DNA of 63,915 nucleotides, taken from Candidatus Omnitrophota bacterium. Lineage in GTDB: Bacteria > Omnitrophota > Gorgyraeia > Gygaellales > Profunditerraquicolaceae. A program made the translations under genes and the position numbers. Positions 45,679-54,803 of the stretch are shown one piece after another; the stretch's first letter is position 1, and every line of letters starts with the position of its first letter. The notes under the pieces were generated by a model. It did no database searches. It was given only the letters and a program-made list of their open reading frames with translations, and had not been told where the DNA came from. The DNA lies in NCBI GenBank assembly GCA_043809145.1, contig JAZDED010000013.1, positions 1 through 63,915 on the forward strand. Reading direction: 5' to 3'.

Positions 45679-47841
45679 ATGCATATTACGCTAAGTAAAA
45701 TTCAAGAGATTGCGGACAAGGTACTTTTTCCTCCGCACAGGAAAATATGGCATCTTTATATCGTCATCACTATCTTGTTTGTCCTTCCAATACTATGTTT
45801 ATCCTTTTTTACTTTGTTTGACACATATCGCAGTGCCACTAAATTTGCACTCTCGGAGAATAAATCAGAGGCTTTTCTTATCGCAAATATTTTGAGGGAA
45901 AGATTGGATTTGCTGGCTGAATTTGGCGCAGCCATTGCTCAGAGGCCGGACCTCATTAACTCGGTTAAGGAATGCAGGTGGGATGAAGCTATCAAGGCAG
46001 TTGATCGTGTTCCGTTGGATTTTGAATATGTTGACCGGGTACTATTGGTAGATAAACAGGGAGTTGTAAAAGCACAGGTCCCGAATTATCCAAATTATGT
46101 TGGTTTAAAACGGTCTGATACCGGTTGGTATCGCGGCGTAACCAGGCAGTGGCAAACAACCGTTTCCCAGGTTTATGTCGATCCTATTATACCTAATAGA
46201 AATATCATTTCTGTTGCTGTTCCGATAAAAATATTATCCAGCCTTATAAGTTATGACGTGGATAATACCTATGATGCGGGAAACCCGGAGCAGTTTGGAG
46301 GCATACTTCTACTTCATGTCCCGGTAAAAATATTTGCTAACCTGGTAAAGGAAGAATCAATGGTTGACCCCGGTGAATTTATTTATATTGTTGATGATTC
46401 CGGGAATTTAGTGGCTCATCCTAAATTTCAAGAGATTAGTGGGATTATTGATTATAAGCAAGCCCCCGTGGTGCAAAAGCTTCTTGCCGGCAAGCATGGA
46501 TCTGAAGTAAACTACAATCCCATCGAGAAAGAAAAAAGAGTGGTTGCCTTTGAATGCGTTCAAAAATACAGATGGGGCGTAGTAGTAGTTAAACCATACG
46601 TTCTTGCTTTTGCGGAGAGAAATAAAAGTATTAAGAGCGTGGTAATCATCTATTCAATCGCGCTTATATTGTCTCTATTTGTGGTTGTGCTGATTGTATT
46701 TGTTCTTGCGGAGCGTAGGCGCATCGATGTACTTAAGGATGATTTTGTCAGCACCGTTTCGCATGAAATACGTAATCCGCTTTTTGCTATTCGTGAATCA
46801 GTTGCCCAGGTAACCGAAGGTATCCGGGGGCCAATTACCAAAGAACAGAATGATTTTCTTGTAATTGCACTTACCAGCATTGACCGGCTCTCCAGGATTA
46901 TAAATGATCTTCTAGATGTTTCCAAGATGGAAGCGGGTAAGTTGAGGCTAAATTTTAAATGGTGTAATATTGTTGAAACATCAAGGCGCGTTTCATCTGT
47001 TTTCTTATCTCAGGCTAAAACTAAGGGTGTTGAAATAAGAGAAAGGTTACCCGTTGAGCCAGCTTATATTTTTATTGATGAAGGAAGAGTTGAGCAGGTA
47101 TTTTTTAACCTTATCAGTAACGCGCTTAAATTTACACAGCGTGGTTTTATTGAAGTAGAGATTATTGATAAAAAAGATGCTGTTGAATGTTTGGTTTCAG
47201 ATTCTGGGATCGGAATTCACAAGGAACAATTAAGCGGAATTTTTTCGAAATTGAAGAAGTATGTTTCCACTAGCCGCGGCCGGGGCAAGGGAACAGGATT
47301 AGGATTGGCTATTACCAAAGAAGTCATCTCAATGCACGGAGGGAACATCTCAATAGCAAGCACAGTGGATAAGGGCACTACGGTTACCTTTTCCCTGCCA
47401 AAATATTCACCACAAGAGGCAACTGCCCGGTTTCTAGATAACGTGATTCCAATTGGCAACAAAAAAAGGTCTCTGGAAATGATCTTTTACGATATTGGTG
47501 ATTTGGGGAGGCTGAAGTCAAAACTTGGAAACGAGAAAACAGTTTTTATCAGGTATAAATTAGTGAAGCTTATATATGTTAATATCCGCCGTGTTTCAGG
47601 AGATATATTGTTAATAGGCGAAAATGCATTTCTTATTCTTTTGCCTCAACTTGATGCGGCGCATGCTACGTTAGTAGCCAAGAAAATAGACGACTCTATT
47701 AATGATTATTTGGCGGCAGAAGCTCTATCAGCGGAAGTAAAAATAAATTCTTTAGTGATTACGTATCCACAAGTAAATAATAATAAAGAAATATTTGCCA
47801 AGATTATTAATCTTATCGCAGAATGTAAGATGCGTAAATAA
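45679..47841 (+). CDS. Cache-domain sensor histidine kinase with degenerate GGDEF-like C-terminus
   Basis: Two TM helices, dCache-type motif YIVDDSGNLVAHP, H-box VSHEIRNPL, NLISNALKF, GTGLGL; tail ...IGENAFLILLP. Likely start ATG 45679. Confidence 0.88.
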   Translation: MHITLSKIQEIADKVLFPPHRKIWHLYIVITILFVLPILCLSFFTLFDTYRSATKFALSENKSEAFLIANILRERLDLLAEFGAAIAQRPDLINSVKECRWDEAIKAVDRVPLDFEYVDRVLLVDKQGVVKAQVPNYPNYVGLKRSDTGWYRGVTRQWQTTVSQVYVDPIIPNRNIISVAVPIKILSSLISYDVDNTYDAGNPEQFGGILLLHVPVKIFANLVKEESMVDPGEFIYIVDDSGNLVAHPKFQEISGIIDYKQAPVVQKLLAGKHGSEVNYNPIEKEKRVVAFECVQKYRWGVVVVKPYVLAFAERNKSIKSVVIIYSIALILSLFVVVLIVFVLAERRRIDVLKDDFVSTVSHEIRNPLFAIRESVAQVTEGIRGPITKEQNDFLVIALTSIDRLSRIINDLLDVSKMEAGKLRLNFKWCNIVETSRRVSSVFLSQAKTKGVEIRERLPVEPAYIFIDEGRVEQVFFNLISNALKFTQRGFIEVEIIDKKDAVECLVSDSGIGIHKEQLSGIFSKLKKYVSTSRGRGKGTGLGLAITKEVISMHGGNISIASTVDKGTTVTFSLPKYSPQEATARFLDNVIPIGNKKRSLEMIFYDIGDLGRLKSKLGNEKTVFIRYKLVKLIYVNIRRVSGDILLIGENAFLILLPQLDAAHATLVAKKIDDSINDYLAAEALSAEVKINSLVITYPQVNNNKEIFAKIINLIAECKMRK

Positions 47842-47856
47842 AAGGAGAATATTACT

Positions 47857-48237
47857 ATGCAAAAAAAAATACTTATTGCCGATGACGATGTGTCTTTAGT
47901 TAATGTGCTTACGTCGCGCCTACAGCAGCATAATTATAAGGTGCTCTGCGCTTTTGACGCTGCGCAAGTAATGACTATAGCAATGTCGGATAGTCCGGAT
48001 CTTATTATTTTAGATATCAAGATGCCTGCCGGTACCGGCAAAGGAGCATTGGAGTATCTTAAGGGTTCGGGTAAAACATTTCCAATTCCAGTGATTGTCA
48101 TGACGGCTTACCCGGACGAAAACCTGCGAAAGCTTGCTATTGAGAAAGGTGCGGTTGATTTTTTCGAGAAACCTTTTCCGATTGAGAAACTTCTGGAGAG
48201 CATGGCCAGGGTTCTTCAGGAAGAAGAACGGACGTAA
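47857..48237 (+). CDS. Stand-alone receiver (REC) protein 1
   Basis: ADDD, LIILDIKMP, MTA, FEKP. Confidence 0.92.
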   Translation: MQKKILIADDDVSLVNVLTSRLQQHNYKVLCAFDAAQVMTIAMSDSPDLIILDIKMPAGTGKGALEYLKGSGKTFPIPVIVMTAYPDENLRKLAIEKGAVDFFEKPFPIEKLLESMARVLQEEERT

Positions 48238-48257
48238 TATTGTATAATTTTATTGAT

Positions 48258-48620
48258 ATGACGCAGAAGATACTAATTATAGATGACGAGCCGGACATTG
48301 TAAAGCTGCTTGAGTCAAGGTTAAAATCAAATAATTATGAGGTGATCGTTGCCTTTGACGGAAAGTCCGGGCTTGAACTTGCCAGGCAACAAAGGCCGGA
48401 TTTAATTATCCTGGATGTAGTTATGCCAAATATGGGTGGTTTTGAGGTTCTTCATGCATTAAAGCATGGCTCGCAGACAAGTATGATCCCTGTTATTATG
48501 CTTACGCAAAAGAGGGATTCGGGGTCAATGCTGGATGCGCATGAACAAGGCGGCACAGATTATATTTCTAAACCGTTTGATCCGCAAGAGCTATTAAAAG
48601 TCATAAAAAGATACGTTTAA
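48258..48620 (+). CDS. Stand-alone receiver protein 2
   Basis: IDDE, LIILDVVMP, MLT, ISKPF; likely ATG 48258. Confidence 0.92.
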   Translation: MTQKILIIDDEPDIVKLLESRLKSNNYEVIVAFDGKSGLELARQQRPDLIILDVVMPNMGGFEVLHALKHGSQTSMIPVIMLTQKRDSGSMLDAHEQGGTDYISKPFDPQELLKVIKRYV

Positions 48621-48644
48621 ACAATTTTTTTCTAAGGAGTACTC

Positions 48645-49016
48645 GTGGATAAAAAAATCCTTGTGGTGGACGATGAGATGGAGAATGTTACTCTTATAAC
48701 CTCCAGACTAAATGCCCATCAATTCCAGACGATCAGCGCCTGTAACGGCGAAAGTTGTATTGAAAAGGCGTTACAGGAAAAACCAGACTTGATAATTCTT
48801 GATATCATCATGCCGGGTTTAAGCGGTTATGAAGTATGCCGAAAACTCAAAAGCGATGAGCGTACTCGAAATATTCCGATTATTATGCTTACTGCGCTTG
48901 CCCAGGAAAAAGACTTAAATGAGGGGCTTGAGGCGGGTGCCTTGTGCTTTATAAGCAAACCCTTTAACCCCGCAGATTTAATAATCGAGGTTAAACAGGC
49001 ATTAGAAGATAATTGA
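48645..49016 (+). CDS. Stand-alone receiver protein 3
   Basis: VDDE, LIILDIIMP, MLTA, ISKPF; GTG start with SD AAGGAG. Confidence 0.92.
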   Translation: MDKKILVVDDEMENVTLITSRLNAHQFQTISACNGESCIEKALQEKPDLIILDIIMPGLSGYEVCRKLKSDERTRNIPIIMLTALAQEKDLNEGLEAGALCFISKPFNPADLIIEVKQALEDN

Positions 49017-49051
49017 ATATTCGGCTAATCAGATCAGGCGGTTTTAAAAAT

Positions 49052-49435
49052 ATGAAGAAAATAATGGTAGTTGAAGATGATCCTAATGTTCTAAGTGTTG
49101 TGGTATCAAGGCTTGAGGCAAGCGGTTTTGTTGTTAAAGTTGCCGAAGATGGCCAGACGGCGCTCGAGCAAATATATAAGGAAAAACCGGATTTGATTAT
49201 ATTAGACCTGATGCTGCCTGTACGTGACGGGATGTCAGTATGCAATCAACTTAAACGAGAGAAAAAATTTTGTAAGATTCCCATAGTAATGCTGACCGCT
49301 AAGGATAGAGAAACAGATATAAAGTTAGGCAGTCTTGTTGGAGCAGATTTGTATATTACTAAGCCTTTTGATACAAAAGAATTAGTTTCAAAAATTGATC
49401 AGCTTCTAAAAGAGGCAGGGGATCCGCAAGATTAA
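49052..49435 (+). CDS. Stand-alone receiver protein 4
   Basis: VEDD, LIILDLMLP, MLTA, ITKPF; likely ATG 49052. Confidence 0.92.
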   Translation: MKKIMVVEDDPNVLSVVVSRLEASGFVVKVAEDGQTALEQIYKEKPDLIILDLMLPVRDGMSVCNQLKREKKFCKIPIVMLTAKDRETDIKLGSLVGADLYITKPFDTKELVSKIDQLLKEAGDPQD

Positions 49436-49612
49436 GGCTTGATTAGGTGTGTGTTAATATGGCATAAGTTGTTTTATTACGTATTCATATCTTAAAGCCC
49501 CACATTTGTTTGTTAATTATCTCACCTGGCTGTATTTCTGTATACGCTTAAGCAGAGAGTTTAAGCTATTTAATATAAAAAAATCGTCCTAGTTGACAGA
49601 GTTACGAATATA

Positions 49613-49641
49613 TTGACAGTGGCTATTCTGGATAGTAAAAT
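49613..49641 (+). promoter_or_regulatory. Sigma70 promoter of pyrE
   Basis: TTGACA-17 nt-TAAAAT; a second TTGACAG lies 20 nt upstream. Confidence 0.7.
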
Positions 49642-49649
49642 AAATCATC

Positions 49650-50216
49650 ATGGATAAAAAAATAATAAATATAGAGGAGTTCAAGGAAAGGCTACTTGTA
49701 CTGCTGAAAACAGAGGCATTCCGTAAGGGAAACTTTGTTTTGTCTTCCGGAAAAACCAGCAATTTCTATTTGGATGGCAGGGTTTTGACCCTTACCCCAG
49801 AGGGAGTGTATTTGGCAGCTTATATTATCCTGGATATGGTTAAGGATAAGGGTATACATGCTATCGGCGGGCCGACGCTGGGCGCTGATCCTATCGTAGG
49901 AGCCATCGGAGCGATAAGCCACATTGAGAATATACCGCTTAAGACCTTTATCGTACGCAAACACGCCAAAGGGCATGGTATGCAAAAACAGATTGAGGGC
50001 CCGGAACTTGTAAGGGGGAGCCGGGTGGTTATTATTGACGATGTAGCTACGAGCGGAAAATCGCTCCTTGAGGCCAAAGAAGCCCTGGATAATGCCGGAG
50101 TAAGCATAGAGGAGGCAATAGTCCTGGTGGATCGTCAGGAAGGGGCACAGCAAAATCTTAGTCAAGCAGGTGTTAGGTTTCGTTCCATATTCACTATTCA
50201 AGATCTGGATAAATAA
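49650..50216 (+). CDS. pyrE: Orotate phosphoribosyltransferase
   Basis: FVLSSGKTSNFYLD, GGPTLGADP, RKHAKGHG, IIDDVATSGKS. Confidence 0.94.
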   Translation: MDKKIINIEEFKERLLVLLKTEAFRKGNFVLSSGKTSNFYLDGRVLTLTPEGVYLAAYIILDMVKDKGIHAIGGPTLGADPIVGAIGAISHIENIPLKTFIVRKHAKGHGMQKQIEGPELVRGSRVVIIDDVATSGKSLLEAKEALDNAGVSIEEAIVLVDRQEGAQQNLSQAGVRFRSIFTIQDLDK

Positions 50217-50229
50217 TATCAAAACTTAA

Positions 50230-51474
50230 GTGCAGAAAAAACAGGTTGTTGTAGTTGGCGCAGGGCCTGCCGGGATGATGGCGGCAATCCGCGCTAGCGA
50301 GCTAAAATCCGATGTATTCCTCATCGAGAAGAATCCTACCCTAGGCAAGAAACTTCTTTTAAGCGGTAAAGGGCGCTGTAACCTGACCAATGCATGCGCT
50401 ATGGACGAATTTTTATCCAATTTTTCTCATCACGGCCAGTTCCTCAGAGACGCCTTCGGAAAGTTCTTTAATCAGGATCTCATAGATTTTTTTGAAAAGA
50501 GGGGATTGGGGATGAGGGAGGAAAGGCAGCGCCGGATTTTCCCGGTAAGCGACCGCTCTGCTAGTGTGTTGAATATACTAAAGAATGAATTGGATAAAAG
50601 GCACATAAAGCTATTTTTAAACAACCCAGTAAAGGATATATTAGTAAAAAATTGCGTGGTCTGCGGAGTTCATTTTGGTGAAAACGAATTTCTAAAGACA
50701 AACAGTTTGATTTTGGCCACAGGTGGTGTAAGTTATAAGTTTACCGGTTCTACCGGGGAAGTCTTTAATTTACTAAAGAAATTAGGCCATACTATAATTG
50801 AATTGAAACCAGGGTTAGTGCCTTTAATAGTCAGCCAGAATTACCCCAGTTTTTTAGAGGGCCTGGTTTTAAAAAACATCTGTTTGGAGTTCGTTTCTCC
50901 TAAGTCCAGGATAATTTCTCAAAGTGGCGAGCTTTTATTTACAGGGACCGGGATTTCCGGGCCATTGGTTCTTTCTTTGAGCGGCAAGGCCGGTGATTTA
51001 CTAAGAAAAGACGGCAGTCTTTATGTGAATATTGATTTAAAGCCAGCTTTATCCATTCAGCAGTTGGAAAATCGCCTACTCAGGGAATTTAATATTAATT
51101 CCAATAAGAGCATACGTAAAATTATGGGAGAATTACTTCCTTTAAGGCTGATAGATTTATTTATCCGTATCCTGGGTTTTGACCCACGAAAAAAAGCAAA
51201 TCAGGTTACCGCTAACCAAAGGCGTAAATTTGCTTATCTATTAAAGTCCTGGCGGTTGGACATATGCGCAACTTCACCTTTGGACCAAGCAATGATTACG
51301 CGCGGAGGTGTTTCTTTAAAAGAGATTAATCCTAGGACTATGGAGTCGCGTCTGATTAAAGGGCTTTATTTTGCCGGAGAGATGATTGATATTGACGCGG
51401 ACACCGGAGGGTTCAATTTGCAGGCGGCTTTTTCTACCGGGTATCTGGCCGGAGGATCCGCAGCTTTGAGTTAA
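50230..51474 (+). CDS. HI0933/BaiN-like flavoprotein
   Basis: VGAGPAGMMAA, GKKLLLSGKGRCNLTN, ATGG.SY..TGSTG, TRGGV, GGFNLQAAFSTG. Confidence 0.92.
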   Translation: MQKKQVVVVGAGPAGMMAAIRASELKSDVFLIEKNPTLGKKLLLSGKGRCNLTNACAMDEFLSNFSHHGQFLRDAFGKFFNQDLIDFFEKRGLGMREERQRRIFPVSDRSASVLNILKNELDKRHIKLFLNNPVKDILVKNCVVCGVHFGENEFLKTNSLILATGGVSYKFTGSTGEVFNLLKKLGHTIIELKPGLVPLIVSQNYPSFLEGLVLKNICLEFVSPKSRIISQSGELLFTGTGISGPLVLSLSGKAGDLLRKDGSLYVNIDLKPALSIQQLENRLLREFNINSNKSIRKIMGELLPLRLIDLFIRILGFDPRKKANQVTANQRRKFAYLLKSWRLDICATSPLDQAMITRGGVSLKEINPRTMESRLIKGLYFAGEMIDIDADTGGFNLQAAFSTGYLAGGSAALS

Positions 51475-51478
51475 TAAA

Positions 51479-52849
51479 ATGACGCAAATATACTTAGCTT
51501 CCAATTCCAGGGCCAGAAGAAGCCTACTAAAGAACCTGGGCTTAAAATTCAAAATCTTGCCGACTGATATTGCGGAAAGAATGAAACTTCCCGGGCTTTC
51601 TTACACTGCATTAGTAAAGGCCAACGCCTTAAGAAAAGCACAGGCAGCTCTTCAAAGCATAAAGAGGGGAGTTGTTATTGCCGCTGACACTATTACTGTT
51701 CAGGAAGGCAAGATCTACGGTAAGCCTGTTGACTACAAAGCTGCCCGGAGGATGCTTAAGAAAATTTCTCTATCACCGCAATATGTTTATACCGGTATCG
51801 CGGTGATAGAGAAAGATAAAGCTATAGGTAAAGAGAAAATAATGTTGGATTGCGAGAAAACCAAAGTTTATATGAACAGGATAACCGACAAGGAGATTAA
51901 CGCTTATTTTAAAAGAACCTCGCCTTTAGACAAGGCCGGTAGTTTTGATATTCAGGGTGAGGGCGCGTTTTTTATCCGTAGAATCGAAGGTTGTTTCTAT
52001 AATGTAGTTGGTCTTCCTTTAAGTAAGCTCTACACTATCTTTAAGAAACTTAATATTAAGCTGCTAATGTTTTTTCTACCTGTTACCTGCTATCTGCTAT
52101 CTACTTTTCTTTTATCTGGCTGCTCAACGGAATATAACCTGGTTACCGGAGAGCAGGAGTCATACTATTATTCTACAGAAAAAGAGGTGGCGATGGGTAA
52201 GAATATTGCCCGGCAGATAGAGAAGGAATATAATTCTACCAATATTGATCCTATTCTTGAGAAAAAGGTTAAAGATATCGGAGCCAGAATAGCGCAGGTC
52301 TCAGACCGTAAAGAGATAGAATATCATTTTAGCGTGTTGGATGAGGATGAAGTCAATGCGGTTTCTCTTCCCGGAGGCTATATTTATATATTTAAGGGGC
52401 TGGCTGAAAAGGTAAAATCCGATGACGAACTGGCCGCAGTTTTGGCCCATGAGGTTGCGCATGTGGTAGCCAGGCATAGCATCAAGAAACTCCAGGCTAT
52501 GACCGGGTATTCTATTTTGAGATTTTTAATGCTTCCTTTGCCTCAAGGGGGCCAGGTTGGGCAGGCAGCAGACCTTGCTTTTATAGAGATACTTACCGGA
52601 TATTCCCGCGAAGACGAACTTTTAGCTGATCAACTCGCAGCCCGTTATGCAAAGTTGGCCGGATATAATCCCAGGGCCATGATTGATTTTCTGGAAACCC
52701 TGCAGGATATTAACCGGCGCAGGCCGCTTACTCCTAAGAATTATATACGCACGCATCCTTATGTGCCGGACAGGATTAGAGTAGTGAAAGAGGAATTGGG
52801 CGAGAAGATTGATTTTACCGATTATATTAATATAGAGCAGAAAAAATAG
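51479..52849 (+). CDS. Fusion: Maf nucleotide pyrophosphatase + lipobox + M48 Zn-metalloprotease
   Basis: Maf motifs LASNS, ADT, GKP, DKAG, NVVGLP; hydrophobic stretch ending LSGC; HEVAH and SREDELLAD M48 motifs, all in one frame. Confidence 0.85.
   Translation: MTQIYLASNSRARRSLLKNLGLKFKILPTDIAERMKLPGLSYTALVKANALRKAQAALQSIKRGVVIAADTITVQEGKIYGKPVDYKAARRMLKKISLSPQYVYTGIAVIEKDKAIGKEKIMLDCEKTKVYMNRITDKEINAYFKRTSPLDKAGSFDIQGEGAFFIRRIEGCFYNVVGLPLSKLYTIFKKLNIKLLMFFLPVTCYLLSTFLLSGCSTEYNLVTGEQESYYYSTEKEVAMGKNIARQIEKEYNSTNIDPILEKKVKDIGARIAQVSDRKEIEYHFSVLDEDEVNAVSLPGGYIYIFKGLAEKVKSDDELAAVLAHEVAHVVARHSIKKLQAMTGYSILRFLMLPLPQGGQVGQAADLAFIEILTGYSREDELLADQLAARYAKLAGYNPRAMIDFLETLQDINRRRPLTPKNYIRTHPYVPDRIRVVKEELGEKIDFTDYINIEQKK
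52076..52103. repeat. 4 x 7-nt tandem repeat at the Maf/M48 junction
   Basis: CTACCTG TTACCTG CTATCTG CTATCTA. Confidence 0.7.
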
Positions 52850-52878
52850 AGGGCCAATACGCCGATAGCGCCAATAAC

Positions 52879-53865
52879 ATGAATAGCCCATTCGGAGTCC
52901 TAGAGTTTTTGCACTGGAACCACTCCTGGAATAATTTTAAGTACCCCTCCCGCGAAGAATTGGAGAGGGTTATAGATTTAATGAAGGAAGCAGGCGTGGG
53001 GTGGGTGCGTATGGATTTTCTCTGGCAGGATATTGAGCCAGAGCAGGGCAAATTTGATTTTGGAAAATATGATCAAATAGTTTCTCTGCTAAATAGCAAA
53101 AGAATAAATATTTTAGGTTTATTACATTACAGCGCTCCCTGGGCTTCTAGTTGCGGAGAATGGAATTGCCCTCCTCAAAATAACGAGTTATTTGTAAAAT
53201 ATACTTCGGAAGTAGTAAGCCGGTATAAAGACAAGGTAAAATATTGGGAGATCTGGAATGAGCCGGACTCCGCCATATATTGGAAGAATCAGGACGGATT
53301 AAAAAGCTATACTCTGCTGCTCAGGGATGTTTATCTTGCGCTTAAAAAAATAGATCCGGAGTGTAAAATTTTAAACGGCGGCCTGGCCAATGGTATAGCC
53401 GGCGTGAATCATCTATATGATAATGGGGCTAAAGATTATTTTGATATTTTAAACCTGCACATTTTTGAGTCGCCATTTAACCCGGGCGCGGACAAGAGGA
53501 TAGCCAGTTATCCCAAGTTAGCCTATAAAATCATGTCCAGAAACGGCGACAGCCATAAAAAGGTTTGGATTACCGAGATAGGGTGTCCGGGAGTAAAAAG
53601 GTGGTCCAAGGTAAAACCATGGTGGTTGGGCAGGAATCCGAACCTGTCTGAGCAGGCCAAGTGGCTGAAAGAAGTTTATAGCCAACTTTTAAGATTGCCT
53701 TATACGGAAAAAGTTTTTTGGGCATTTTTTCGAGATTGCAAAGAGCATTGGAAAAATGGCATTGATTATTTTGGCCTGATTACCTGGGATTATTCCCGTA
53801 AGCCTTCTTTTACAGCTTTTAAAGAGTGCGTAGAAGATTGGCGTAGTAAAGGAGAGTTAAAATGA
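52879..53865 (+). CDS. Clan GH-A glycoside hydrolase (GH39/GH5-like)
   Basis: WVRMDFLW, WEIWNEPD (acid/base), WITEIG (nucleophile). Confidence 0.8.
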   Translation: MNSPFGVLEFLHWNHSWNNFKYPSREELERVIDLMKEAGVGWVRMDFLWQDIEPEQGKFDFGKYDQIVSLLNSKRINILGLLHYSAPWASSCGEWNCPPQNNELFVKYTSEVVSRYKDKVKYWEIWNEPDSAIYWKNQDGLKSYTLLLRDVYLALKKIDPECKILNGGLANGIAGVNHLYDNGAKDYFDILNLHIFESPFNPGADKRIASYPKLAYKIMSRNGDSHKKVWITEIGCPGVKRWSKVKPWWLGRNPNLSEQAKWLKEVYSQLLRLPYTEKVFWAFFRDCKEHWKNGIDYFGLITWDYSRKPSFTAFKECVEDWRSKGELK

Positions 53866-54365
53866 TTGACGTAATTTTAAGAAGGAGAAGTATTCGTAAA
53901 TACGCTAAAGCTGATGTGGCCGAACAAGATATCCGATTAATTTTGCAGGCAGCTATGAGCGCGCCTTCTGCGGGAAATCAGCAACCCTGGCATTTTATAG
54001 TTACACGTGAAAGAAAAACCCTGGATGCCGTCACAGATGTGCATCCCCACTCTTCGATGATTAAAGAAGCTCCGCTAGCTATTTTTGTTTGCGCAGACCT
54101 TAATGCGGAGAAGCATAAAGGTTATTGGGTTCAGGATTGTTCGGCCTGTACCCAGAATATTCTTCTGGCGGTAGAATCTTTGGGCTTAGGCGCAGTTTGG
54201 CTGGGAGTGTACCCCAGAGAGGATAGGGTCAAGGGAATTAAAAAATTATTGAATCTTCCCGAACATATTATGCCTTTTTCTGTAATTCCTATCGGACATT
54301 CAGCAGAAAAACCGGATAATATAGATAGGTTTGACCAAAAGAGGATCCATCAGAATAGTTGGTAA
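53862..54365 (+). CDS. Nitroreductase family protein
   Basis: RRSIRKY, APSAGNQQPWHF, QDCSAC.QNILLA, GLGAVW. Confidence 0.92.
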   Translation: MIDVILRRRSIRKYAKADVAEQDIRLILQAAMSAPSAGNQQPWHFIVTRERKTLDAVTDVHPHSSMIKEAPLAIFVCADLNAEKHKGYWVQDCSACTQNILLAVESLGLGAVWLGVYPREDRVKGIKKLLNLPEHIMPFSVIPIGHSAEKPDNIDRFDQKRIHQNSW

Positions 54366-54399
54366 AGAAAAATAAATTATATTTAAAAAGGAGGAAGCT

Positions 54400-54681
54400 A
54401 TGTGTTACGGTGTACCGATTGCAGCATCAATAGTGACAGTATTTGTCTGGAAGAAAACCCATTCTCTTAAAACCTGGTGGCTTCTGCTTCTTTTTTTAGG
54501 CGGCAGCCTATTTGGGTTTATTGACCATCTTTGGAATAAGGAATTATTCCTAATTTCGGCTGATTGGGCAAAAGACCTGGCTTTGGGTGCAGTTATAACG
54601 CTGGGTATATTCTTGACCTGGGGGATACTCGTACTTTCCGGCAGGAATAATCCTGCTTTGAATATACAAGAACTACGTTAA
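54400..54681 (+). CDS. Small membrane protein, unknown function
   Basis: Strong SD AAGGAGG; three hydrophobic segments; DHLWN motif. Confidence 0.7.
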   Translation: MCYGVPIAASIVTVFVWKKTHSLKTWWLLLLFLGGSLFGFIDHLWNKELFLISADWAKDLALGAVITLGIFLTWGILVLSGRNNPALNIQELR

Positions 54682-54803
54682 GGCAATATTTGTCTCAAAA
54701 AAATTCGGTTAAGCAAAAATGTAGCGGCCAATTTTTTGACCTGTAATTGACATAACAGGGCTATCCCTAAAAAATATGATTGCAAAAAACCCAATTTGTG
54801 AAT

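Noticed and set aside
48243-48260. Internal leaderless promoter for receiver 2 (TATAAT 9 nt before ATG)
   Set aside because: No -35 and no properly spaced TGn extension.
49692-50222. 176-aa antisense ORF (also 22688-23227, 25097-25576, 10690-11115 and other shadow ORFs)
   Set aside because: Each lies opposite a well-conserved gene and has no domain features.
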